A stretch of 63,984 bases of DNA, the filler included, from Lenisia limosa (taxonomy: Eukaryota > Protista > Breviatea), in the NCBI GenBank assembly GCA_001655205.1. It is 17 parts of 17 records of this genome, joined end to end, with 100 filler letters (N's around TTAATTAATTAA, not from the genome) between each part and the next. Parts side by side here need not be neighbours in the genome. Positions count along the whole stretch, not along the records: positions 51,241 to 52,850 come from LPNZ01000758.1; positions 52,951 to 56,167 come from LPNZ01000721.1; positions 56,268 to 58,182 come from LPNZ01004294.1; positions 58,283 to 60,586 come from LPNZ01008856.1; positions 60,687 to 62,692 come from LPNZ01004956.1; positions 62,793 to 63,984 come from LPNZ01007019.1; 11 more parts are not named here. One strand, given 5' to 3'. A model generated the notes under the pieces. The model was not told where the DNA came from and made no database searches. It saw only the letters and a program-made list of their open reading frames with translations. Both the position numbers and the translations under genes were made by a program. Positions 51,790-62,798 of the stretch are shown in pieces. The number at the start of each line of letters is the position of its first letter. Within the stretch, counting starts at the first letter, position 1.

Positions 51790-52761
51790 TTACCAAAGTA
51801 GACGTTTTGAAACAACTGGTTGAGCTGCATGGAGCCGAAATTGCCCACAGAGACATCAAACCGAATGCATCTTGTCCATCTCTGCAGTGGACGTTCTATC
51901 CTAGCTGGATCGTTCAAGCCAGTGCTTGCTAACAAGAGGGTTTGATTTTTTTGAAATGGATGGATTATTTTCTTTTAGGAGCAAGAACACCTAAGGTAGC
52001 TGTTTCGTGAAAGGAAACGGGATTATGAACGGGTCCTGAAAGTGAGTTCATGAGTGGTAGTATATCATTACTTCTTGTGTTGATGTATTGAGCACGGAAC
52101 ACGCAACATAAATGCACAAACTTGGAACATCATGGTGGAGGATAAGATGCTTGTAAAGGTTGACATGATAGCGCATATTTACTCACACTCTATGGTACCA
52201 GAAGTGAAGAGATTATATGTATATATTTTTTCTTCTTCATTGTACCATTAAAGTATATATGATATGATATGAATATGATAACTATAAAAATCATATCTGA
52301 TTGCAAATAATAACAATCATACACTACTATATGTATGATTGACTCGACTCTGTTGGCATGCAGATGTCCACAATAGAATAATATTAATTACCAAATCATT
52401 TGCCTTCCAACTCTGTGAACACAGCTTTCTGCGTGCCTCCCCAGCATACCACCATTGTTAGCACCGTGAAATAAACAGCCGAATTGGACTGAACGTACGT
52501 GCCTGCATTGTGAACAAATGAAGTACTGATCATTCACTACCACTCCTCTCCCCTGAATTATAAAAATATCATATCAAAATAACCTTGGGTTCTGGAACAA
52601 AGTGATCGGGCCAATTTTTGGTAATATTCTTGGGAAAAATTCATGTTGCCACAATACCGCCACCGCCCCGCACCAATAATAGCTGCCGCAATAGCAAGGG
52701 TGAAGGGGCTCAGAAATTCGACGACAAAGATATACCAAAGACAGAGGTGTTGGATAGATTT
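51790..52761 (-). CDS. Hypothetical protein exons
   Basis: AG/GT-bounded protein-like segments, e.g. STGLNDPARIERPLQRWTRCIRFDVSVGNFGSMQLNQLFQNVYF and TSFVHNAGTYVQSNSAVYFTVLTM. Not phased. Confidence 0.35.
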
Positions 52762-53346
52762 CTGGGAGGGTGAAAATGGAAAATTAATGAAATAAAAAAG
52801 GCCCAAATCAACTCTGTTGGCTGACTACAACATTCAAGGGTTGATAACAANNNNNNNNNNNNNNNNNNNNNNNNNNNNNNNNNNNNNNNNNNNNTTAATT
52901 AATTAANNNNNNNNNNNNNNNNNNNNNNNNNNNNNNNNNNNNNNNNNNNNACGGCTTCGGTCCTTATTTTTTATTTCTCATTGCTATGTATCAACACTAC
53001 GTATAATATATAGCAATGGGAAATGAAAAGCAACGTTGTATCTGGTCGAAGCCGTCCACATCATCACGCTTATAAGCGATATTGAATTATAGTATAGTAT
53101 TATTCACTACAAACATATAAACCTCACAGGTCATGATCGCTTTCTATTTGTACTTTGACCGAGCCATATTGTTTTACCCAGCTTTATCGGTCTAATTCCG
53201 TAGATTCTGAGCCTGTTGTCCCGATCACATTAAATCTTGAGTCCGCCAAACCCGTACCGGTAAGACTCAGAAATTAGGCCTCACCCTGTCACAGAAAAGT
53301 GTTATCAAAGATCCCTCACTCCTCTTCTTATTAGCTATAATTCCCC

Positions 53347-54558
53347 AGCCCTGTCCACCTGAACAATCGAAGCACATTGGAATCTTTAATCTTCCCAAGT
53401 CGTTTAAAGAGGGTTTGTTGGATCTACATATGATATAAAATATTGTCTGTTAAACACATTTACTATCTGGAGTGATGATCTTCAAACTCAGACGCTTATC
53501 GTGTCAGTGATTTTTCTAATACCAATTATATCATATACGACTTCAAAATGCTTTCTTGGGGGGTCAAGCTTTTATCGCGTTTAGATGACCTGTACGACTA
53601 CATTTCAAAGTTTGGTACCATTGAGAACCTCAACATCATCAAAGACAAGTCCACCGGAAACAACAAGGGCTACGCATTTGCCGAAATGTCATCACCAGAA
53701 GAGGCATGGATGCTGAAGCAAAAGGGAACCGGTGGGGGGGGGGGGNNNNNNNNNNNNNNNNNNNNNNNNNNNNNNNNNNNNNNNNNNNNNNNNNNNNNNN
53801 NNNNNNNNNNNNNNNNNNNNNNNNNNACTGTGTTGATTTAAGTTTCTTTTGTTCCATAAATTTCTACTTTTATTTTGATTACGTCATAGGCTCGGAGTTT
53901 GGCGGTCAACTTCTTCGAGTTGCTGATGCCCACAGGAAATCGGAGTGAGCATACTGCTTTTTGTTGTTAACCTATATCGGTCATTTGGTTGTCATAGTTT
54001 ATGTGGTTATTTCAAATCAGTTGTTGTTTTGTTCTTTTGTTTTGCTGTTTTTTTGTGTCCCTATGTAACCACTCTAGCGAGCTTCACAAACCAAACCCGT
54101 TCAAAACGGAACCGCCACGCAAAACCCTTCAGAACTTTGTCCCAAGTGACCCAGTCGATAACTTCAAGGCCCCAGCCCTCCCTGATATGTCCAAAGTATG
54201 TACTTACCAGAATCGTAATTTCAATCTCAGTATACCATCTTACGTTTTGGTGGAGTATAGCCCAAGGCAATATCTTTGTTGTCCGTAAAATCCTTTCTAT
54301 CTTCATATCTGCAATTCTTTACAACAAAGTAATCCCAATATCAATGTCAAAATCCTTTATTTACCCAGGGAACATAATGATTATCCCAAATCTCACCCCT
54401 CCATCCTAGTTCTCTCCCCGGTATCCTTTATATTAAAGCACCAATTAATTTCCCAGCTCCCTCCAACGTACCTCGGGCGTATCATGACAAACCCCCAATT
54501 TCTGGCCATGCAGTCAATTGTGTCCAAAGTCGTTGCTGAACGCAAGGCCGGACGATAG
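53347..54558 (+). CDS. RRM RNA-binding protein, 3' part
   Basis: Exon from 53585 reads DLYDYISKFGTIENLNIIKDKSTGNNKGYAFAEMSSPEEA (RNP1 KGYAFAEM), followed by GSEFGGQLLRVADA. The probable RNP2 (IGIFNLP) is in the exon at ~53347 and the last exon ends with TAG at 54558. Confidence 0.85.
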
Positions 54559-55352
54559 GGTATGTTGTCGACATCAATAAGACTTAGGGATTTCAAAAAA
54601 CCCAAGAAAATAATTGAGAAATTCAATCTTTTTTCCAAACGAAGTGAAGCCCTAATAAGACTTCTTTTTTTTGCAATGCCTTGACAGCATTCAGAAAGCA
54701 TTGTGGTTTCCGAAAAGACGGAGTTCTCAGTTCTCAGTATATACTTGTGCAAATGCTACATAACGTATTTTTTTGAGACACTGCTTTTCCTTTTTGACTT
54801 TTTAGTTCTTCGTGACAATGAGTCTCCTTTGAATTTGGAATTTCTAATGTATTTTGAATGGAACAAAGTGCAAAGTGCGTTTATCCTATGTGCTAGTTCT
54901 TTAGTTATTAAGGATGGAAAATAGGAATCTTCTCATCAATAATCTCTAATAACGTGATAGTGTGGACATACGGACATGTGGATGCAAGGAAGGTGGAAGA
55001 ATGGAATAATAGTTGGAAAATAGTAATAATATGACATTGACATGCATAAGCGATACTGGGATATTAATTTTGGTTAAAATAACCAAATACTAACGAAATT
55101 CTTCTTATAGTGGTTTTTTTTTGCATTTTCCCTCTTTGTTTCTTTTAAGTTCTCTCTTTGGTACTATTATTTAACTAGCTGGGGGTTTTAGCCTCTTAAT
55201 CTTTTTAAATCATGAATCAATCTGCAGGGTGGGTTTGTTCCATGTTTTTAGACCTTTACTAATCGTTTATATTTAGATTGAGGGTCATTCCCAACAACTA
55301 TGGGTGCGTTTGGGTTTTTTTGTGAAAGTTCATTTATGTGTTTCATGCTTTC

Positions 55353-55470
55353 AGAGGCAATCGTCCCACAGGAGTGATTGCTAAAGGGCCAACTGCCGAT
55401 GTCCGCGTTATTGGCGGGTTTTCAGACCAAAGGCTGGCACAGGTTGCTCCAGTCGTTCAGAAACAGACCG
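55353..55470 (+). CDS. Isolated candidate exon, unknown protein
   Basis: AG..GTGAG-bounded, GC-richer segment GNRPTGVIAKGPTADVRVIGGFSDQRLAQVAPVVQKQTVRE. Confidence 0.3.
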
Positions 55471-56355
55471 TTAGAGAAGTGAGCGGGGCACTCTTACTAT
55501 TTTTTTGTGTCAAAATGGGCTGTTTTCATTCTTGCAGCGTGCTGTTTCGAAGTGGGGCAAGCCCCCTCCAAATTATGTCCCTGGTTTGTTGGATTACTTT
55601 TGCGCTCTCGCTGAGCTCTTTTTAATTCGGGGCATTAGTTTACTTTTTTGAGAGTGTTTGTGAATCTGGAAAGAACGCATTATTGTCAGTCCCTATATTT
55701 ATTCTGTTAAATTTCTTGAATGAAGAATGAAACCTTTTTTTTACTTTGTGCTTGTCTAAAACTCTGGTTAAGTTTTTTATTTCTTTTTCCTCTTTTTTAC
55801 TACCATTCTATCTTCTTGTTATTGTTGACAGTCATACATATGTATTACAAGACTGTCATTAAGTATAACCCAATATCTCGTTGAAGGATGTGGATAGAAC
55901 TCCTCTCATCTCTTAGATTAGGCCAGCACTAGATAAGCTATTTTTCTTTTCAAAAAGAAATTCGTTTTTTCACCATGTTCTCAACCCGCTTTTTCTTCTT
56001 TACATTCACTTTTTATATTACAATATTTTTTAATATCAAAAAACAAAAAACAAATCATGGTAAAAATAATGTCAGCTTTAATATAGCATTTTTACGAACT
56101 ATTCCTGAAGGTCTTGACCACCCCTCCATCTTAATACCCTTCTAATAGCAATTTTTCTCTTCCCCCANNNNNNNNNNNNNNNNNNNNNNNNNNNNNNNNN
56201 NNNNNNNNNNNTTAATTAATTAANNNNNNNNNNNNNNNNNNNNNNNNNNNNNNNNNNNNNNNNNNNNGAAACAAAACAAAAGCCCAAAATCAACTCTGTT
56301 GGCTGACAATACACAAGGGTTGATACGATGCCGCCATATCGTTACCCCAGCATAC

Positions 56356-57281
56356 CCTCTTTTTTGGGGTCAGTAACCCATTGAACAACTTGCCGTCTTG
56401 AGGGGGGTGTAGCTAATGAGGCACTGGAAGGTGTGGTCATGAAGATGAAGATGTTGATGATGATGATGAAGAAGAAGAAGAAGATGATGGTGGTGGTGAT
56501 GATGATGATGACGGTGGTTGTGATGATGAAGATGAAGATGATGGTGGTGGTGATGATGAAGAAGATGATGATGGTGGTGGTGAAGACGATGTTGATGATG
56601 ATGATGGTAATAAGATATACAATGATAGAAATATGATATGTTCATATGATCATATGGTACGCGCAAGCTTATTAATTAGCCCACCCCCCACCTTAAGTCC
56701 AGTTCTCCCGTTGGTGAACCCGGGATAAACGGCGTGGACAGTCCTGAGTTGAGGCATGACGGGAGAGTGGAAGGAAACCAACCGCCCGCCCCAGCTGAGT
56801 CCACTCCAATTGACCCTCCGAATGCGGTCACTATGCGTCTGGAGAGTAAAAAATGTTTTTTAATAAAGAGACAAAATAGAGAAACAATATGAGTTTTAAT
56901 GATGCTCAATCATGCGCCACCGCATCATCCCAACATACCTGACAAGCGCAAGGCCAAGACCAACGCCGCCATACGACGCAGACGTGTCCGTATCGGCCTA
57001 ATTGGGTCATGGGGGGAGTAGAAATGAAACATTTATAACCCCCCCCCCCCCAAATCATCNNNNNNNNNNNNNNNNNNNNNNNNNNNNNNNNNNNNNNNNN
57101 NNNNNNNNNNNNNNNNNNNNNNNNNNNNNNNNNNNNNNNNATGAGTATGGTGAGTGCTTTGTAAATAGAGCCTCATACTTAACACCCCACGCACCTGCTC
57201 AAATACGCCAAAAACGCGGCGCATGGCAACAGGCTTGAGACCCACGCCGGTGTCAATAACCTCCACCACCAGTTGGCCCTC
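56356..57281 (-). CDS. Eukaryotic two-component histidine kinase, HATPase_c region (partial)
   Basis: Spliced exons 57195-57281 (LVVEVIDTGVGLKPVAMRRVFGVFEQ: G1 and F boxes), 56939-56997 (ADTDTSASYGGVGLGLALVR: G2 box), 56692-56838 (RIVTAFGGSIGVDS) and 56356-56423. Confidence 0.92.
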
Positions 57282-57769
57282 CTAGACGGTTGAGAAGGGA
57301 GGAAGGAGAGACTATGCACATAAAGGCAGTGGCGGTGATATGAGCTGCATTTTGGTGGTAGTCTTGTGCCGATTGTTTAAAGTAATATAAAAATGTCATC
57401 TAATAAAATATTATCATATGTATATTATGTCAGAACCACAATGAATTAATGACTTAATTTAGGACCATGAGCATACTATGTATATTATGTCAGAATCACA
57501 AATAATACAATTATAAAACAAGGTATAATAGTACATAATATTGCTAAATTGACTAAGATACAGATTGTGTGCATTTCATTCCCCAACAAAAAGCAAAGAC
57601 TTTATTGGAGTCAAAAGTCCAAAACAGCACGAATCTATAAAATCCTCTATTTCTCACATCATCTTAGAACATTTGCATCAATAGATCCCCCCCCCCCCCA
57701 AACCTGTGAGAAGGGACCTGGTTTTGAGCTTTGAGGGAGCGATCCTTGGGATTCCGTAAGCTGGGATGA

Positions 57770-57860
57770 CACTGTGGTGGTGACACGAAAGTAAGCTATG
57801 ATGACACTGTGGTAATGACACTAAAGTAAGCTGTGATGACACTGTGGTGGTGAGACTAGA
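57770..57860. repeat. ~33-bp minisatellite, ~3 units
   Basis: GCT(G/A)(G/T)GATGACACTGTGGT(G/A)(G/A)TGACAC(G/T)AAAGTAA repeated. Confidence 0.85.
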
Positions 57861-58369
57861 GATAGTACAAAGGGGGACATAATCGATTATTCTTTGAGAT
57901 AGTGAAGTTGTTCGTTCTAGAGTAGTTTGTGGTTGTTTGTGGTTCTCTGACCTTTTGCGGTCTTTGGTTGTTATTTTTGTATTTGTTTCTGATTTGAGGA
58001 CTATATTACCTATTAATTTACAGGGTGTTCCGACGCTATGGTCGAAAGGGAATAGTAACCAGTTTTATACTGGCAACACAACCACTTTTCACTGGTTCGT
58101 AACTGTTTGATATCTTATCTCAGTGTTTTGTTTCTCTCATTTGTCTCTTGAAAAGTATTGCACCCCCCCCCCCCACCCAAATNNNNNNNNNNNNNNNNNN
58201 NNNNNNNNNNNNNNNNNNNNNNNNNNTTAATTAATTAANNNNNNNNNNNNNNNNNNNNNNNNNNNNNNNNNNNNNNNNNNNNTCTTCCCACGTTGCGCCT
58301 AGATGGTCCCAGAGACACACATCCCCGCGGACACCGTGTTGCTGCTGGTACGCTTTATTGTTCTTAGGC

Positions 58370-59650
58370 TACATCCCTGGGGTGGTTGCTTCTGATCCTG
58401 ACCTCCGTTTAGAACCCCAACGTCCGGAATTGCATCCAGTAGTTGAACCCGCTGCCCCTGCTGCCGCCGTCCTGCCTGCTACCGGTAAGCTAAAACCTTT
58501 GCGCCGGTCAACGTAGCTAACCACTTCAGCTGCCGGTCCTGCCCCTGTGGAAAAGCCCCAGCAAGAACCCGCTTNNNNNNNNNNNNNNNNNNNNNNNNNN
58601 NNNNNNNNNNNNNNNNNNNNNNNNNNNNNNNNNNNNNNNNNNNNGTTTTACCTGCTACCAGTAAGCTAAAACCTTTGCGCCGGGCGACGTAGCTAACTAC
58701 TTCAGCTGCCGGTCCGCCTACACAGCAGCTATCATTGAGGTCTTCATGAAGCAAAGACCATCACAACCAAAGTGGGATTGAATATCTGAAAATGTTGGCA
58801 AATCATGAGATTCAAGTAATAGGGAACATCACGCAGAGCAGGTTTGGGCCTCCCACTTCCCATAGCAGTTGAAGGTGTGAATACTACTAATTTGACAGTG
58901 CTATCACATCATTTCTATGTTATAATTACAACCATTTTAACCCTTAGGTATGACGCCTTTATCAAGCGTTTGAAGCGGGAGTTTACATCAAAGGAAATTC
59001 TCATCTGCTACGAAAACGTCGAGATTATTGGAGTACGTCGTGTTATGCTGCACGAATGGTGAATTTACTCGACTGTTTAGATTCAGTAACCCCCCCCCCC
59101 CCNNNNNNNNNNNNNNNNNNNNNNNNNNNNNNNNNNNNNNNNNNNNNNNNNNNNNNNNNNNNNNNNNNNNNNNNNNNNNNNNNNNNNNNNNNNNNNNNNN
59201 NNGAAAAGATGCCGGGAGAACAATTTATAGTGGATTTTCTAGAGAAATAAGAAGCTAAACAAATGGCAATTTTGTTATTTTGAGCAAAAGCACGTACAAC
59301 TATTTCTTGTTTTTGTTTTTACTCCTGGTGAAAGAAACCTTATTTTTTGTATGAATTAATTGCTCAAAGATTATATGATATTCTATTTGCTCCCCCCATC
59401 CCCCCTTATTTGCCCTTCATTTTTATCACTCCCTTTGGTTATTTGACTATTTGGTTGATGTGGCAATTTGAACATTCATTTCCTGTCCATTATCCCCCCC
59501 CCCACATCCGACACCAACCTCGGAGACATAGTGATATATTTGACTGGACACTTCGTTTTTGAGGATTCAGAAAGAAGAACAAAGGGCCAAATTGTGGCAC
59601 TGTTCTCGGGGGTTTCGCCAAACGCCGGGGCCTGGAATAAATTTAAGGTG
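58370..59650 (+). CDS. Hypothetical coding segments, possibly decayed
   Basis: Segments GYIPGVVASDPDLRLEPQRPELHPVVEP.., YDAFIKRLKREFTSKEILICYENVEIIG and SDTNLGDIVIYLTGHFVFEDSERRTKGQIVALFSG; internal duplication 58478-58535/58650-58710. Confidence 0.3.
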
Positions 59651-60763
59651 AGGCAGGCCTTTTAAAGATTTGGTGAAACAACTGAAAGTGCTTGAAGTAG
59701 TGCGACCCAAATGGACATGCTAAGAATAGGTATCGTAATGATAGTTAACATATGTAGAGAAGAGAAATAAAAAATGGAGTAGCCAAAGCCATCCACATCA
59801 TCAAGCTTATCGATATGATAATAATAATAATAATGATAATAAAAAATAATCATAACAAAAGCTTATTGGGTAGTAATGAGAAAGAAAACAAATAAATCCA
59901 GACGACTACAGTAGGCCTACGCAGATAAGCGGGTACATTGAAGTGAGCGTTGTTCCTAATAAAGTAACTAAAAAACACAAGTACAATACAGGCTCATGGA
60001 TACGGAATCAAATAACGCACGATTTAATGCGCAAGTAATATCTGAGATATTTTAAGCAGATTAAATTACAAGGGTACATAAATACGCGTTAAGTACTCAT
60101 TCACTAGTATTGTCTTCCCCAATCCGTCTAAACTTTGTATATTATTATTTCCAGTAGTATCCTTTAAATATACCTATCTAGACTTGCATGCAAACAAACA
60201 AATATTATTGGGAAGAATATGTTTTCTTCTCCCTGATAAACCAAACGGGGGGGGGGTGGTANNNNNNNNNNNNNNNNNNNNNNNNNNNNNNNNNNNNNNN
60301 NNNNNNNNNNNNNNNNNNNNNNNNNNNNNNNNNNNNNNNNNNNNNNNNNNNNNNNNNNNNNNNNNNNNNNNNNNNNNNNNNNNNNNNNNNNNNNNNNNNN
60401 NTTAATTAAACAGTGAAGAATTAAAAAAAAGCGAACCAAAAATAGCGAAGGGGGATGAGGGGTTAGAAATTAGCCCTCAAACCGTGCACCCTTGAAACGA
60501 ACTTGTTCAAAACGTCAATGCCAATAATGAGGGAAAAGGGGGACGCTAAAAAGTAAAATAAAGTGAGAAGGATGGGATATTACATTNNNNNNNNNNNNNN
60601 NNNNNNNNNNNNNNNNNNNNNNNNNNNNNNTTAATTAATTAANNNNNNNNNNNNNNNNNNNNNNNNNNNNNNNNNNNNNNNNNNNNGGGTAAATATGCAC
60701 ACATGTAAGTTTCTACCAATAGTTGAAAGGGTTCATGCAGTACATTATTGATGATCCCCCCAG

Positions 60764-62533
60764 CGTGTGGGCGTCCCAAGCCTCCGCTAAGCAAAGAGCG
60801 GGGAGAGCAGGTCGCACAATGCCTGGAACGTGCTACAAGGTCTACACCAAGGCCACTCATGACGTTCTTGTCGTGGGTTGGATTCTCAATGAATCATGAT
60901 CATATCTAATTAGGGCTTCACTTCGAAATGAATAAGACCGGTCAAATGGTATCGATAGTGTTCGAGGATTTATCGAGAAATTCAGTCTTTTTTCGAACCG
61001 AAGTGAAACTCTGTCTCAATGTTAAAGGGCTCCAAGGGTTAATGGATTTAAGGACAATATTGGCTCAAAAGGGGGAGGGACGAACGAGGCATAACCGAGT
61101 GAGAACAGATATTTTTACATTTATTATCATGTTTGAACCAATTATTTTTATTCTATCTTCTTGATATTCTTCACTTTACCCAGCCCTTCGATCGATCTGA
61201 GGCATCCTCCTCGCCCCTGGAAAATACGATTCTGTTCCTCCGAACCCGGTAGGCTGTTTATCAGCCAGAAAAGACTGCGTTTTTGAGAAATCTCTGAAAA
61301 CTTATCCGGACTTGCTTCCCCATTTCTGTAACTCTGGGATTCTTGTTCCTCTCAAATAACATAAGAAAAAGGCTGAGCCTCACCCCTTAGGTTACATCAG
61401 GAGGGAGGTGTGCTGTCTCTCCTGGCGGACTCCCTTGACCCCCCTGAGCCGGACCTGGTTCGTTGGTGTTTGTTATGTGTTCTGTATTGAATTGGGGAGT
61501 TGCGCTTTTGTTTGTTCGGCTTCTTATAAGGTTGTGATCAAATCGTATTTTAACCTGTATTATGAAGCTTTTTGTGTGTGTGTGTGTTTTGTTTGGTTGT
61601 TTGTTTCGTTTTATTGAATGGAGATAATTGTTTTAGGTTAGAGCAGCGCTGGACCGATTAGCTATACAAGGTGCACTCACGCACAACTCTGCAAACGCCG
61701 ATGTGACCTTATTAGGTAACACCCAGGGCATTTGAGTGTTCTCCTCTCACCACCCAGGGCATTTGAGTGTTCTCCTCCCTGTGACCGTTCGGATTACGCG
61801 CATGATTTGGATGGCGTGTTGTGCTGGCATGGATAACCCTGGTGAGGGGGGGGGGGGGTTNNNNNNNNNNNNNNNNNNNNNNNNNNNNNNNNNNNNNNNN
61901 NNNNNNNNNNNNNNNNNNNNNNNNNNNNNNNNNNNNNNNNNNNNNNNNNNNNNNNNNNNNNNNNAAGAAAAAAAACCCTCATCCCGCAGGCCTCATTACG
62001 GATGCCCTTGTCCTAGCCTCAGCACTGACTACTGGTGATGTGTATAGGAACCCCTCCAGAATCCATGTCAAGGTGGGCATCTTCAACATAATCACAATTT
62101 CTCAATACACCTTCAAAAGTAGTCCTAATTCCACAATAAACCCTAAATAATCTGCAGAAGCGACTGACCTGGGATTTTTTTTTTGTTTGTTTTTTTGTTG
62201 TTGCTATTAACCCTTGTGTGTTGTCAGCCACAACAGAGTTGNNNNNNNNNNNNNNNNNNNNNNNNNNNNNNNNNNNNNNNNNNNNNNNNNNNNNNNNNNN
62301 NNNNNNNNNNNNNNNNNNNNNNNNNNNNNNNNNNNNNNNNNNNNNNNNNNNNNNNNNNNNNNNNNNNNNNNNNNNNNNNNNNNNNNNNNNNNNNNNNNNN
62401 NNNNNNNGACAATCAGCTAAACTCCGAAAGTAAGCAGGGTATGGCAGCCCGGCTCGAAGCCGATTCCGGCCGCCTATCCGAACCGATTTCAGTCGTCCTG
62501 CTCTGGCGTCACTGGCGGACCCGAATGCAGAAC
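60764..62533 (+). CDS. DEAH/RHA-family RNA helicase, motif VI to HA2 region (partial)
   Basis: [28 protein letters not shown] (motif VI), [68 protein letters not shown] and [13 protein letters not shown] follow the DEAH winged-helix/HA2 order. Confidence 0.92.
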
Positions 62534-62798
62534 GTACGGCCCGGGCGCTGGTGCTCTATGTGGGGGGTCTGTATTATACGTAAGGCTTCACTTCGGTTCG
62601 AAAAAATACTGTCTCGATTAATCCTCGAAAACAATCGATATTTTCCAAGTTTTTTTGAACCTAAGTGAAGCAATTGCAGAAGCGACTGGCCTNNNNNNNN
62701 NNNNNNNNNNNNNNNNNNNNNNNNNNNNNNNNNNNNTTAATTAATTAANNNNNNNNNNNNNNNNNNNNNNNNNNNNNNNNNNNNNNNNNNNNCGTTAT

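Larger units (their letters stand above)
7255..59815. mobile_element. Dispersed intronic repeat, family C (~8 partial copies)
   Basis: AAGGCAAATGATTGGGTGAATTAATA..TATAATTCAAT.TC.CTTATAAGCGTGATG..GGCTTCG.CCAGATACAAC.TTGT. Near-complete copy at 18350-18475; parts at ~7255, 10205, 15510, 16605, 23233, 52375, 53033 and 59778. Confidence 0.7.
5747..62670. mobile_element. MITE family A, ~95-100 bp, TIR G(A/G)GCTTCACTT(T)CGGTTCGAAAAAGAC (~14 copies)
   Basis: Copies at 5747-5844, ~7832-7912, 9859-9956, 10747-10812/10908-10929, 11745-11806, 17880-17977, 18627-18724, 20874-20969, 24114-24209, 30955-30988, 47648-47730, 54585-54652, 60912-61012 and 62583-62670. Shared core ATATCGA..GAGGATTTATCGAGAATTCAG; ends are often flanked by TA. 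Confidence 0.92.
281..62692. mobile_element. Dispersed ~120-nt intron-associated repeat, family B (17 copies, introner-like)
   Basis: Consensus TGCAGAAGCGACTGGCCTGGGCTTTGTTTGTTTTGTTGTTATCAACCCTTGTGTGTTGTCAGCCAACAGAGTTGATTTTGGGCTTTTTTGTTTCATAAATTTTCCAATTTTACCCCC..AG. Whole or partial copies at 281-368(+), 393-465(+), 958-978(+), 1939-1963(-), 9619-9685(-), 11030-11144(-), 11906-12068(-), 12427-12520(-), 26899-27000(+), 30753-30819(+), 31716-31768(+), 32014-32105(+), 43063-43220(+), 52762-52850(-), 56268-56328(-), 62152-62241(+), 62674-62692(+). Confidence 0.88.
1439..62748. other. Artificial scaffold linkers N..TTAATTAATTAA..N (16 copies, 17 scaffolds)
   Basis: Identical 12-mer with stops in all six frames, embedded in N runs at 1439, 5060, 6632, 12577, 16522, 26372, 30698, 32297, 42140, 49360, 51185, 52895, 56212, 58227, 60631 and 62737. 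Adjacency across linkers has no biological meaning. Confidence 0.97.

Noticed and set aside
378-62668. Many ORF-track entries containing long X runs
   Set aside because: They are open only because N gaps contain no stop codons.
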